NCBI GenBank assembly: GCA_043228905.1
Contig: JBHGNT010000002.1
Coordinates: forward strand, 13,826,001-13,890,000
Source: Azolla caroliniana
Taxonomy: Eukaryota > Plantae > Polypodiophyta
Reading direction: 5' to 3'
Length of the DNA: 64,000 nucleotides
Both the position numbers and the translations under genes were made by a program. The notes under the pieces were generated by a model, which was given only the letters and a program-made list of their open reading frames with translations, had not been told where the DNA came from and searched no databases. This document shows positions 47,711 through 59,172 of this stretch, piece after piece; position 1 is the stretch's first letter, and every line of letters begins with the position of its first letter.

Positions 47711-48999
47711 TTAGGTTCCGATCCAGGGGTGTAGAGATTGGTCGGCATTCCGTCATGCCGAACTTGTACAACATATTCAACACAAAATGTCATTGTGAGA
47801 GCAATATGTCATCGGGGGTCCGGATCACCTCGATCCCAAGTAAATAATGAAGGTCCCCCAGGTCCTTCATTTCAAATGCGTCCGATAGTTGGGACTTCAC
47901 TCGGTCGATTTAATTGAGTCCGGGTCCAATGATGACTAAATCATCTACTACATAATTGGCATCTACTGCCCGCATTTCTTCCTCCATAGCAGCACGCCAA
48001 TTTGTGTCTTTTGTTGCTTCTACGTAGCTCTCCGGCTCACGCACTTCTGCCACCCTAGTCATGTACACATAGTGATGTGCCATGTACTCATTGTACCCAT
48101 ACCTCATGGCGGGTTTTTTTTACGGGTTGACCGGTGTAACTTTTCGTTACCTGGATTTAGGCCCTTCTTAGCCAGTTTGGACTTCCTTTCTGAAGATCCA
48201 CCATCTCCCTTTCCGGGGTCACATTCGCACCGATCCAACCCTTCATTACCGGTATCGTATTCCAGCGTCCTCTTCTTCCCCTTCTCTTTGCACGTGAACC
48301 GTCTCCTCGGTTCCTTGCACGAGGAGAGCATGGCAAAGTCTCCACTACTCGCCAGTTCTTCATCCAACTGGTCATCCTGACTCAGCCGCTCATTCGGCCC
48401 ACTTAGCTGGAATGAGATCGGACTCTCTTCTAGAGTGTTGAAGCTTCATCTTCTTTCTGGACCTCCTCGGGCTCACTAGCCTCATCTTCCAGAATCGGGT
48501 CTTCGGGAGTTGGATTCGGTAGGGAGTACGATGATGCCGACTCATCAAACTCGTCATCTCGACTTACTCATACCTATTTGTTATTCTCTGACCAGACAAG
48601 GCCTAACACAAGGTGTCACGGAGACACTTCACCAAAGGGTGATTACGGCATAGGATTATGACTCAACGATTACACCGACTTAAGTAGGTTACACGATTAG
48701 AGTGCTTTTGTTGATTACACGCGTAAGATATAACAGTAAGTACAGAACGGAAATCAACACAGAAGTATAAACACCATACGCTCTATTAATTATCCGCTGC
48801 TATTACAATGGGGTCCAGGCCTTTAAATAGGTTTCCGGCCCGTAGTACAAAACGGTGCCTATCGCACCTATTCGGGATCCGTCCGGATCTGGAACGGCAT
48901 ACCGTTTCCAGTCCGTCCGTCCACACTATGCTTATTTACAACCATACTTAATTAATTTCTTCACTCCGTATTTTGGACTCCTTGCCGGCCGGTAACACA

Positions 49000-49016
49000 T
49001 GGCACGCCCGTGGGAC
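49000..49016 (+). promoter_or_regulatory. Second, inverted PBS-like site (tRNA-Arg(UCU)-like) at the position where the PPT is expected
   Basis: TGGCACGCCCGTGGGAC starts 2 nt after the LTR end on the + strand. No purine tract abuts the LTR on the element sense strand. Confidence 0.75.
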
Positions 49017-49049
49017 AGTACCTTGTACGTCGAACCCTTCTCGGCCCCT

Positions 49050-51719
49050 TCATTGTTCACCCAAATTGTCCAAAATACTTTGTTCCGGAGTTTCCAATTG
49101 TTCTTCCGGTTGTGGTTGTTGCGGCTGTGCTTGCTGCTGCTGCTGTGGTTGCGGTTGGGACTGAGACTGCTCCGGCTGCTCTATAGGCGGCTGCTCCGTT
49201 TGTTTCTCTGACTCTGGCATCCCCGTTTGACTGCTTCCGGTCCGGTCTCCTTCCAGTAACGGTTCCTCATCACTGAGGTTGACCGTAACCGGTTCTCGTG
49301 CTTTCTCTTCCCGGATCCGGAACCTCTCGTAGCTTTCAAACTGGATCTGCGCCTCCAGCCTGTCGTCGTCTAGCTGAGCTACAAGTTGCCGGACTTGCCC
49401 TAGTTGGTCCTCTGCCAAGGCTTGAAAGTCTTCGGCCAGCTCATCTCTTATGCCGGTGAAGTCTTCGGAAGTCAGCATATAGCAATCATCTCCCTCCTTC
49501 CGCCGGTTCTCTACGTCGGCCCGGAGCAATTGGAGTTCCGCCGCGTTCGTGGCCCGCTTGGTCCACCATTTGACGGAACCGTTGTCAATCAAGCTCTTGG
49601 TCTGGTTCAACCAGGCCCGCATGATATCCTGGATGTGACTTGCTCCCATTTGCGCTCTACTTTCCACAACTTGTCGTTCCTCCTTCAACTGCTTGATGAG
49701 ATTAGCCGTATCCTCCGCCTGCTCTCTGTAGTGCGTCAGCTGCCCTTGATATGTTGTCTACAGCCTCTGCAGTACCTCCGCCGCTCTTTCTTTTTCCGCC
49801 TGTTGTTGCCTGAGGAGCTCTGTCCGAACCTTCTCCGCCTCTTCCAACCGTCTTCTGGTTTCCGCTTGTTCCTTAGCGTATGCCGTTGCGGTTCGATCAA
49901 CTGCTTGCCGGAGCTCATCCGTCCGTTCCTTGTGCTCCGTTTGCAACCGTTTATACTCCCAGTGCAAGTGCTCAAATTCCTCCATTTTTTGTTTGAGCTT
50001 GCCATTGATCTGGCGATGGTTCCGGTCCTCCCGGTCCTTTAGCTGCCGGAGTTCCTCTTTCAGGCGCTCTACTTCTGTTTCGGCGTTTCTCCGAAGCCTG
50101 TCCTTCTCTTGCAGCATTTTCTCCTTCTCCTCCTTGAGCCGGTCGTACGCTTGGTGGCCTTTTCGTAAGCTCTCCTCGGCCCGGCGTAGATTCTCAGCAG
50201 TCTTTTTGAGTTCTGCCTCCGCTGCCGTCTTCAACTCTCTTTCGCGGCTCCTCAACGCTTCTTGGGCAGCTAGCTCATCCTTTAAGTCCGCAAGCTCTTG
50301 GGCTTGTGCCGCATTTCTCTCCGGAACGGTTTCCGTTGCCGGGGTCTGATTGCTATGTACAGGTTGATCTGACGCTTTATTCTGTACATTGCCCGGAGTC
50401 ACCGGTGCTTGGACTTGTGTTGTCAAAGCCAATTGAGTCATTTCCCTTGTAACCCTGTCCAAGTCTTGTTCAAGGCTCCGGATTCTGGACCGGGCCGTCT
50501 CTAGATCTACGGTTGTGACGAGCAACCGTTCGTGGTGCGCTCTCTCCTCCGCCTCTATGTACTCGACCGCTCCGGCGATTTGCTCGCCTACCCACCGTAG
50601 CCACATGCTACTGGTGCCTTGCTGCTGTACTGGTCGGGTCGGCTCGTTCACTGTGGAATTGTCTGGCCTGAGTGCCTGTATCTGCCGTTCTGGTTCTACT
50701 CCTTGGCCGCTGTGTGTGCTGGCTGGGCTCGCCGGCTGTTGAGTTCCGGTTCTCGCCGTCTCCGGAGCCGTTGGACTGACTTCTTGTATAGAAGTCGACA
50801 AGACCGGTTCTATACGCACCGGTTCCGGTTCCTCCCTTGTGGTTTGCTCAGGTTGAGTTGGGGGCGTTTCTTCCTTTTGCGGGTCCGAACGCTCCCCCGC
50901 TGTCCCGGCGGTCCTACTTCTTGACCGTCGTTGGAGGTGCTCTACTAGCTCCTCCGTTTCCTCTTCCTGGGTAACGGCATGTATCTGTGCCGTCAAGGGT
51001 TCCGGTTCCTTCTGTTCCGGTCGCCGTATGGTTATCTTAACGGGTCGGACCGGTGACACCTCCTCCGGTTCTGAGAGCCGTTTCTTCCCTTTCGTCGCCT
51101 TCGATGCCAGCAGCTGCTGTCGTTTGGACGCGGGTTTCGAGGTGCTTCCTTCCGATAATCTTGGCCGCTTCTTTGGCTGGACGGTCTCGACTGGCGGCGC
51201 GAGCAATGTTATCCACTGAGCTACGGCATGCCACAGCTTCCGGCCCTCCTTGCCGTCCTTTCCTCGTACCGTGTCGATTGTCGCGCACAAACCGTCTGCA
51301 ATCAACACCGGCCAATCCACCTTGATCCCTTCATAGGTGGCTATGATCATCCCTGCCCGATTTTTTGGCATGACAGGGGGTCGGGGGTACACGTGGCCGT
51401 ACTCATGGAGCACTCGAGCTATCTCCCTGAATAGCGGATCTTCGCCGCCCTGCGTTCGATAGCCTTTGCCGGCTACAGAGTACTCACCGAAAAATCGGAT
51501 GAGTTGCTCCGAGGTTGGGTTATCGATCTGAAAAATACCTCCCTCCGGAAGGCCTGTTAGCGCACGGATCGCTTCCTCGGTGATGACTTCTGTGTCGAGC
51601 TCCTTGATGACCCAGTCGACTTCTTTGTGCGGTGGTGCCTCCATGATGGTCAAGAACCCATCCAGTCCGTGTTGCCTGAGCCATTTCCTGGCCGCTTCCG
51701 ACAGCGTTTGTGGTTCCAT
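49050..51719 (-). CDS. 3' extra ORF (~889 aa; one in-frame TAG at 49758-49760): globular N-terminal domain, P/T/E-rich linker, long coiled coil, Q/P tail
   Basis: ORFs 49758-52019 and 49050-49688 share a frame with an open 69-nt bridge. A homolog exists in Gypsy-1. The start codon is uncertain. Confidence 0.8.
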
Positions 51720-52042
51720 GTCTGCTTCGAGGTCGAGGAAAGATGGCGAGGTAGAGTGGTGATGAGAGTGAGAGCAAGAGAGAGAGAGTTCCGAACGTGG
51801 GGGTTCTCTGAGTGCAGGTTCGCGTTTGCTAAGCTTCCACTGCCTTGGTGCTTCTGTGCTTCTTGGCTCGCGAAATGAAAAGGTCTCCATGCGTTCTGCT
51901 TTTTCTCTGTGCGTCTTGGCGCCTTTTCCGAGCATGCGCACGTCGTGTACCAATTTAGTATTAAGTAATGTGGCGGCTCTTAAATGCCCACTACGTACCT
52001 TTTCGCTCCTTGCTTTCACGTCCGTTCATACCTCGATTTTTA

Positions 52043-52046
<4 letters not shown>

Positions 52047-52074
<28 letters not shown>
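52047..52074 (-). repeat. A28 tract just downstream of the pol stop
   Basis: 28 consecutive T on the + strand. Confidence 0.9.
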
Positions 52075-52098
52075 ATTAATAAATGACGGTATGTGATC

Positions 52099-55000
52099 TT
52101 ACACATCCGTAGGTCCCTTCGGACCCTTACCATTTTCCTTACGGGTTGTCGTGTCTTCCTTCGCCTCTGCTACGGGTTCCCCGTCGTCTTTTTCTTCCAT
52201 CCGTACCGTTCCCGGTATAGTGCCGGTGGGCTGCATAAACGGGTTATTTGGCATCGTTCCTTTATAGGGCTTTAGTCTAAATCCCTTGACCCACTTGCCT
52301 AGCACTTCACCGGCAAGTGCCCCTAACTGATAGGACCCGTTGTATTCCCGTGTCAGCCAATACGGGCCTGTCCATCTAATCCGGAGTTTACCCGGCATCT
52401 TGCCCATCCTCGTTTGGACTACTAGCACCGGCTTTCCGATTTCGAACATCTTTTCATTACCTTTCCGGTGACGGTCAACGAACGCTTTCCGTCGTCGTTG
52501 CTCCAGTTCCATGTGTAGGATGCTGGCCAGCCGTTGCTCCTCCAGTTGGCATAGTGCTGCTAGCCGCATTTCCTCCGACTCCTTTTCATTCAGCCGTTCC
52601 CGTAGTTGGATCCGTAAGCTTGGTACCTGAAATTCCACCGGCATGACCGCCTCTAAGCCGAACGCTAACCGGAACGGCGTTGTCCGGATACTTGTTTTGT
52701 ATGCCGTTCGGTACGCCCATAGCACGCTATGGAGCTTTGTATCCCAGTCCGTCCGGTTTTCATTGACGATTTTGCGGAGAATGTTCTGGAGCGTTTTGTT
52801 GGTTGACTCTGCTAACCCGTTTGCTTGTGGGTAGTACGGTGTGCTCCGTTTATGGACCACGGCGTAGAACGTTGTTAAGCTTTCCACTACCTGGCCGAGG
52901 AAGTGCCCTCCTTGGTCGCTGATTAATTCAATCGGACATCCATATCGGCACCAAATGTTTTCGTACAGGAATTTTGCTGTGGATGACGCAGTGTTGTCTC
53001 TCAAGGCCTTAGCCTCCACCCATTTAGTGCAATAATCTGTTGCCACGATGACATAACGATTACCCGTTCTCATTGCCGGTGGCTTGAACGGTCCGACAAA
53101 ATCCAACCCCCACTTCTGGAATGGCTCTAGTGGAAGTACCGGTTGGTGTGGCATCCGTGCTTGCTCCGTAGGCTGGCCCATTCGTTGGCATAGGTCACAT
53201 TCCTTAGCATACTTGACGGCGTCTTTTAACGTCGTGGGCCACCATAAGCCGCTCTGCCATACTTTCCTTGCCGTCGCTTCCCCAGCATAGTGTCCTCCGG
53301 CAACCCCACAGTGTGCTTCCCGTAAGATTACTTGTTTCTCGTCACTACGGACTGCCCGTCTCCATATTCCATCTGCTCCCTTGTGGTAGAGAGTGTCCCG
53401 TAACAGACAGAAATTGCGGCTCTGCACCGCCAGTCGTTTCCTCTCGTCCCGGTTCATTTCCTCCGGTGGCAGGCCTGTGCTTAGGAACTGGTGCATGTTT
53501 GTCAGCCACCTATCTTCTGATACCACCGTGTCGTCCGCTGCCGTTTCCGGGGTGATACGGAATAACTCTGCGTCCGGGAATTCATCCGATACTCCGTCGC
53601 CTGATTCTCCGGACTCTAACCGGCTCAGGTAGTCTGCTACGGCATGCTGGATACCGAGCCGGTGGAAGATCTCGAATTCGAACTCCTGCAACAGCAAGGT
53701 CCAACGGGCCAACTTACCGGTCAGGGACGCCTTGGACACTAAGTACAGGAGCGCCGAGTGATCCACATGAAAGGAGAACTTCCTTCCCAATAGGTAATGA
53801 CGAAACTTTGTGACACTGTAGATCATGCCCAGGGCCTCCCGTTCCGTCGTCGAATAGTTCTTCTCCGCTTGGGACAGCTTCCGACTGGCGTAATATACCG
53901 GCCGGTACCATTTAGGCTCCGTAAGTTGCATTAAGGCGCTGCCGATAGCGATGTCGGAAGCGTCAACGAACACATGAAATTCCTTGCTCCAATCCGGAGG
54001 CTGCACGACGGGTGCTTGCGACAAAAGTACCTTCAGGGCATTATATGCCTTATCCTTCGTATCCGTCCATTGGAACGGTGTCCGATGTACCGCGGTGTGT
54101 AATGCTGTAGCCAAGTCAGCCAAGTGACGGAGCATCCGGCTGTGCCACCGGATCTGTCCTAAGAATCGGCTTAGTGCTTTGGCCGTTTTCGGCGCCGGTG
54201 CCCCTAGTATCGCGTTTACTTTGTCCGGGTCGACCGCAATGCCCTCCTTACTTACAATGTGTCCCAGTAATATTCCACTTGAAACCCCAAAGATGCATTT
54301 TGCTGGGTTTAAGCTTACCCGGTATAACCTACACTTTTCAAGGCATAACCATAGGTGCTGCAAATGGTCTTTTTCCCGGCTATAGACTGCAAAGTCATCC
54401 AGGAAAACCTGCATGAAGGCTGGAATGTATTCACCGAAGATCTCCATGATGATTCGCTGGAAAGTTGCTGGTGCCGTTTTTAGTCCGAACATCATTTCTA
54501 CGGCCACAAACACCCCCCATTCGGTGACGAACGCTGTCTTCTCCTAGTCGTCAGGGTGCATCCGGATTTGATTGTATCCGCTGAACCCGTCTAAAAAGCT
54601 ATAAACTTCATGGCCGGCGACGGCATCCAGTACTCCATCCGTGAACGGAAGAGGGAATGCATCCGTAATTGTGGCTGCATTTAGTTTCCTGTAATCTACA
54701 CACACGCGGATTTTACCGTTCTTCTTTGGGACGACGACGATGGGGCTCAGCCACGTCGCTTTCTTTACCGGCCGGATGAAGCCCACTCTTAGGAGTTTGT
54801 CGATTTCCTCCTTCACTTTGGCGGCATAGTTGGGGTTCATTCGGTAACGTCTTTGCGCCACTGGTTTCGCGTCCTTGCCTAAGTGGATCTGATGCTGATA
54901 TAATTGAGGGTCCAGCCCTCGCATGTCTTCGTATGACCAGGCGAATACGTCGCGAAACTCCGTGAGAAGTTTGATCATCGCCGCTTTATCTTCCGGCTTC

Positions 55001-57962
55001 ATTTCTTTGGCGATGTGTACCGGCTTTGATTCGTCCTTGCTTCCTAGGTTTACTTCGTCGAGCTGGGATGTTTTTACCCGTTGGGAAACGGCCATTTCCC
55101 GTTCCAACGCTTCCTGTGCTTGCCGTAATTCCCGAATCGAATCTTTGTCTGGTTCGGCTTCGGTTTCGTCCCGTTGCGGCAAGTATGGCGCTACGGCTTC
55201 AGCTACGTCAATCTCGAAGAGTGGTACGATCTTCAGGTGTTCCTCCAAGTACTGGGCTTCTTCGTCGTCTGCCAACCCTTCAAGCATATTCACGCATTCC
55301 GCATACAGCGGTGTGCATTCCTTACCGTTGCTCGTCCGTGTTTGTGTCGGTACCCGGACCTTGGCTTTTCCGCGCCGGAAGGTAATCATATTTTTCCGCC
55401 AATTTTGCTTGATGTGTGCTATTTTCAACCATGGTCTGCCCAGCAACAGTGGGTACGCGCCTTGCGCCTGTAGCTGCAGCACGACAGCCGAGATGTGAAA
55501 TGTGTGACCTCCTATGGTGACTTCCAATTTCCGTATTAAGCCCGTCGGCCGTACAGAGCTCGTATCCGCCATCCGTAGCCAGAACGGACATGGCTCCCAT
55601 TCATGTATACCCAAGGCATCACACGTGCGGAGGCTTATTACGTTCACCCCGGAACCTCCATCGATTACTGTGCCGGGAAGTTCGTGCCCTTTGACAATAG
55701 CTGTAATCACCGGACTACTAGTGTCCACCACCGTCGGTCCCTCCTCCGGATTCGGACTGGTGCCGGTGGGGCTATACCGTCCGTCATGACCGTTTTTAGT
55801 CCTTCCGTAAATCGCGGCACGAGCTGCAAGAGTCTTCCTAATGGCAACGTGATCTGACATTCTTGCAGTGCTTGCCATGTCTCGGTTTCTGCGTGGCTAC
55901 CGCCGGCACTCCCTATGGTATTCACCTTTTGCCGTTCCGCGTCCGCGACGTTCCTTTCATTGGCTTCCTTCACCCATTCCGTCGCCTGTTTTCGTATGGC
56001 CTCTTGTGTTTCCCACTCTTTGGCCATGCCTTTCGACCGTGTGGTTACTTGCTGTACATCCGCCACTTCCGGAACCACCATATTAACTGTTGGTCGTTTA
56101 TCGTAGCTCTTTGCCGGGCACTGGTTACTGTAGTGGCCTTCCTGCCTGCAGTAATAGCAGTACTCTTTACGGGTATTGCTGGATTCGGCATTGCTGGTAG
56201 CCGGAGTCGGTCCCGTAGTGAGTGGTGCGTTCTGTGCGGGTTGGCTCCTTGGGGTTCCATGTTCCGGGTCCCTAGGGTGACTACCTTTCTTGAAATTACG
56301 TTTCTTATTATTCTTATTTTTATTTCGGTAGTCCTGTCGTGGTGGATCGTAACATCGGCCGTAGTCCTCCTGGTGCCTTCGGTAACCAGGGGAATGGTCT
56401 CTGTCGTATTGCTCGTGTCGTCTGTTGGACTCCCGATAACGGTCCGATCGCTCATACCGGTCGTAGTTATCATGCCGATCCCCGTACCGGCCATCATTCT
56501 CTTGTCTGTCTCCGTACCGGACATCCTGTGCCGGTCGGTACCGGTTCATTCTTTGCCAACGATCGTCATCTTCGTCTCGGCTGCTTCTTGGCTCGATCCG
56601 TCGGACGGGTGGTGCTTGTCGGTTTAACAGGTTATACTCGCACCGGTCCGTTGTATGACTCTTGGATTGACAAATCACACACTGGGTTCGCATGGTGCAC
56701 TCCACTGCCGAGTGTCCGGCATTCAAGCAGATTGTGCATTGAATTGCCTGCCGGAACCGGAGATCTTCATCGGTAGGTAACGCCCGTTGCAGTGTTCCCA
56801 GTGTAAGCCATGAGCTTGACTTTTCCATTTCTCTGACCCGGTCAATGACCTGGTCAATGGTGCTTCCTCGAAAGTCGATTACCGTACACACCGTGCGTAA
56901 CGGTTCCCGGAGTGCGTTTAAAAATATCGTCCGTAATTCCTCCTCCGGGGGTGCACGGGCAAGCTGGCTATGCATTCGTTGGAAACGGATGACGAATTGG
57001 GGAATGCTTTCCCCGGCCTCCTGTCGGATCGTATAAAACAGGCCCACCATTGTCGTCTGGTCGACCTCCTTGTGGAAAAAATGCAAGAATTTTGCTTTTA
57101 ATTCTGCAAAGGTTGTGATGGTCGCCGAGTCCTGCGTCCGCCGCCATCGTGCCGCTGGTCCTTCCAACGTGACCCCGAATTCCGCTATCTTCGAGCGTTC
57201 TTCTTCCTCCGGTGTCATTCGCTGGGACGCGTGATTTGCTTCCCATGTCTGCTCGAAGGCATGAACATGCGCTTCCGCGTCCGGATCATCGCGATACTTT
57301 GAGTATTGGAACGGCATGTCGTCGTCCAGTATTAGGCCGTGGTTTAGTGGCGTTTGTTGATATCTTTCCGGTTTTCTCTCCGGTTCCACTTCCGGTTCTT
57401 TTGCCGGTGTTTTTTCCGGTTCCTCTTCCGGTTCTTTTTCCGGTTCCTTCACCGGCTCTTCTTCCGGTACCTTCGCCGGCTCTTTCGTTGGTGTCGGTGG
57501 CTTTGCTTCTTCCACTTCCGGTGTTGGTGGGTTGACGGCTTCCGTTTGCGGTTCCGGATAGCCCTGGTCGAACGGTTCCGGTTCTGGAGTCGGCACGGTA
57601 TCCGACCCGTCGTCCTCCGGGCCGCCAGGGGTATCGTTGTTGCTCCGGTAGTTCGTGTGCACGTTGTATCCCCCTTCGGAATCCAATTCGTAGGCTGAAA
57701 AGGCTTCTGCCTCGTTTTCTCCGCTTGCCAGCGCCTCGAGGAGGCGTTCGGTTTCCCGGAGACTACTCAGACCGCTTCCGTCGTCCTGGTCGCGAGTTTG
57801 CTGTAACCGAAGAGATTCCTCCGCGACTCTCCGGATCTCGTTGGAGAACGAACGATCCGAGCGAATTTCGTGCGCTGCTTGCTGGAAAGTCTCACGCCGT
57901 CTTTGCCGTTCGGCGAGGCGTCGAGCTCGGTCTGTAACCAAGTCGTGCGTTGGTCTCGTCAT
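52099..57962 (-). pseudogene. Gypsy-2 gag-pol, near-intact: one frameshift at ~55760 and one in-frame TAG at 54544
   Basis: Gag 57962-55707 with three CCHC knuckles, PR VIDGGSG, RT YSFLDGFSGYNQI/FLDD, RH VDASD, INT WGLDFVGP/GPY. No chromodomain. Confidence 0.93.
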
Positions 57963-57996
57963 CCATTACCGTCGTTCGATGCGAGAAAGCAGGAAT

Positions 57997-58007
57997 CGTG
58001 GTCGCCA
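57997..58007 (-). promoter_or_regulatory. Primer binding site, tRNA-Arg(UCG)-like
   Basis: On the minus strand the LTR is followed by CAGTTT then TGGCGACCACG, ~35 nt upstream of the gag ATG (tRNA identity recalled). Confidence 0.7.
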
Positions 58008-59172
58008 AAACTGTGTTATTCTCTGACCGGACAAGGCCTAACACAAGGTGTCACGGAGACACTTCACCAAAGGGTGATTACGGCATAGGATTATGACTCA
58101 ACGATTACACCGACTTAAGTAGGTTACACGATTAGAGCGCTTTTGTTGATTACACGCGTAAGATATAACAGTAAGTACAGAACGGAAATCAACACAGAAG
58201 TATAAACACCATACGCTCTATTAATTATCCGCTGCTATTACAATGGGGTCCAGTCCTTTAAATAGGTTTCCGGCCCGTAGTACAAAATGGTGCCTATCGC
58301 ACCTATTCGGGATCCGTCCGGATCTGGAACGGCATACCGTTTCCAGTTCGTCCGTCCACACTATGCTTATTTACAACCATACTTAATTAATTTCTTCACT
58401 CCGTATTTTGGACTCCTTGCCGGCCGGTAACACTATTTAGTCCCGGGGTTATAACACTTATACCCCTTCTGCTCATGCGAGTAACTGACTAGGATGCACT
58501 TCTCCGACTTCGGATCCAGCTTCTTCCGCTTCTCATCCGATACATGCACATATGCTATGTTACCGAATATCCGAAGTTGTCTCAAATTCGGCTTCCGCCC
58601 GAAATACATCTCATGTGCTTACACCTTGTCTCCGACCCGGTTTTGGATGTTGACGTTCATCTAGACCGCCTCAGCCCAGTAGAATTGGGGCATGCTCTTC
58701 TCCTCTAGCATTGCCCTTGCCACATCGACAATCGACCGGTTCTTTCTCTCCACCACACCATTTTGTTCCAGTGTGTATCGGCAACTGAATTCTCTCTAAA
58801 TTATGTTCTTCTACTGATAATTGTTGAACTGGCCAAAAAAGTATTCTTTTCCGCCATCCGACCGCAAGCACTTGTTCTTCCGCTCCATTTCCCTTTCGAC
58901 TAGGCTTTGGAGGTTCTGAAAACAATCGAAGACTTCACTTTTCTTCTCTATGAGGTAGATCCACATGTGCCGGCTATAATCATCGATGAAGGAGACGAAA
59001 TACTCACTCCTGCCAAGACTAACGTTCTATGCTAGTCCCCATACATCGGAATTGATTAGATCAAGCTTGTTATGGCTAGACTTCGGCAATCCGAACACAA
59101 CTTGTTTCGATTGCAGATCTTGAAGTCTCTGGTAGTTGACGTGTCCAATCCGCTTATGTGAGAGATCGATAT

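Larger units (their letters stand above)
48579..58432 (-). mobile_element. Full-length non-chromovirus (Athila-related) gypsy element Gypsy-2 with a 3' extra ORF
   Basis: 419-bp LTRs at 48579-48997 and 58014-58432 (about 5 mismatches by eye), TGTTA...TAACA termini, 5-bp TSD CTATT (48574-48578, 58433-58437). All long ORFs are on the minus strand. Confidence 0.97.
47711..59172 (-). pseudogene. Degenerate copia (family C) fragment hosting Gypsy-2
   Basis: RT remnants at 47711-48107 (YGYNEYMAHHYVYMTRV, as at 14260-14310) and integrase remnants at 58438-59172. Split by the insertion with TSD CTATT. Confidence 0.85.

Noticed and set aside
55707-55878. Programmed gag/pol frameshift in Gypsy-2
   Set aside because: Gypsy-1 encodes the equivalent region in one frame (8852-9271) and no slippery site is evident. 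It is more likely a copy-specific indel.
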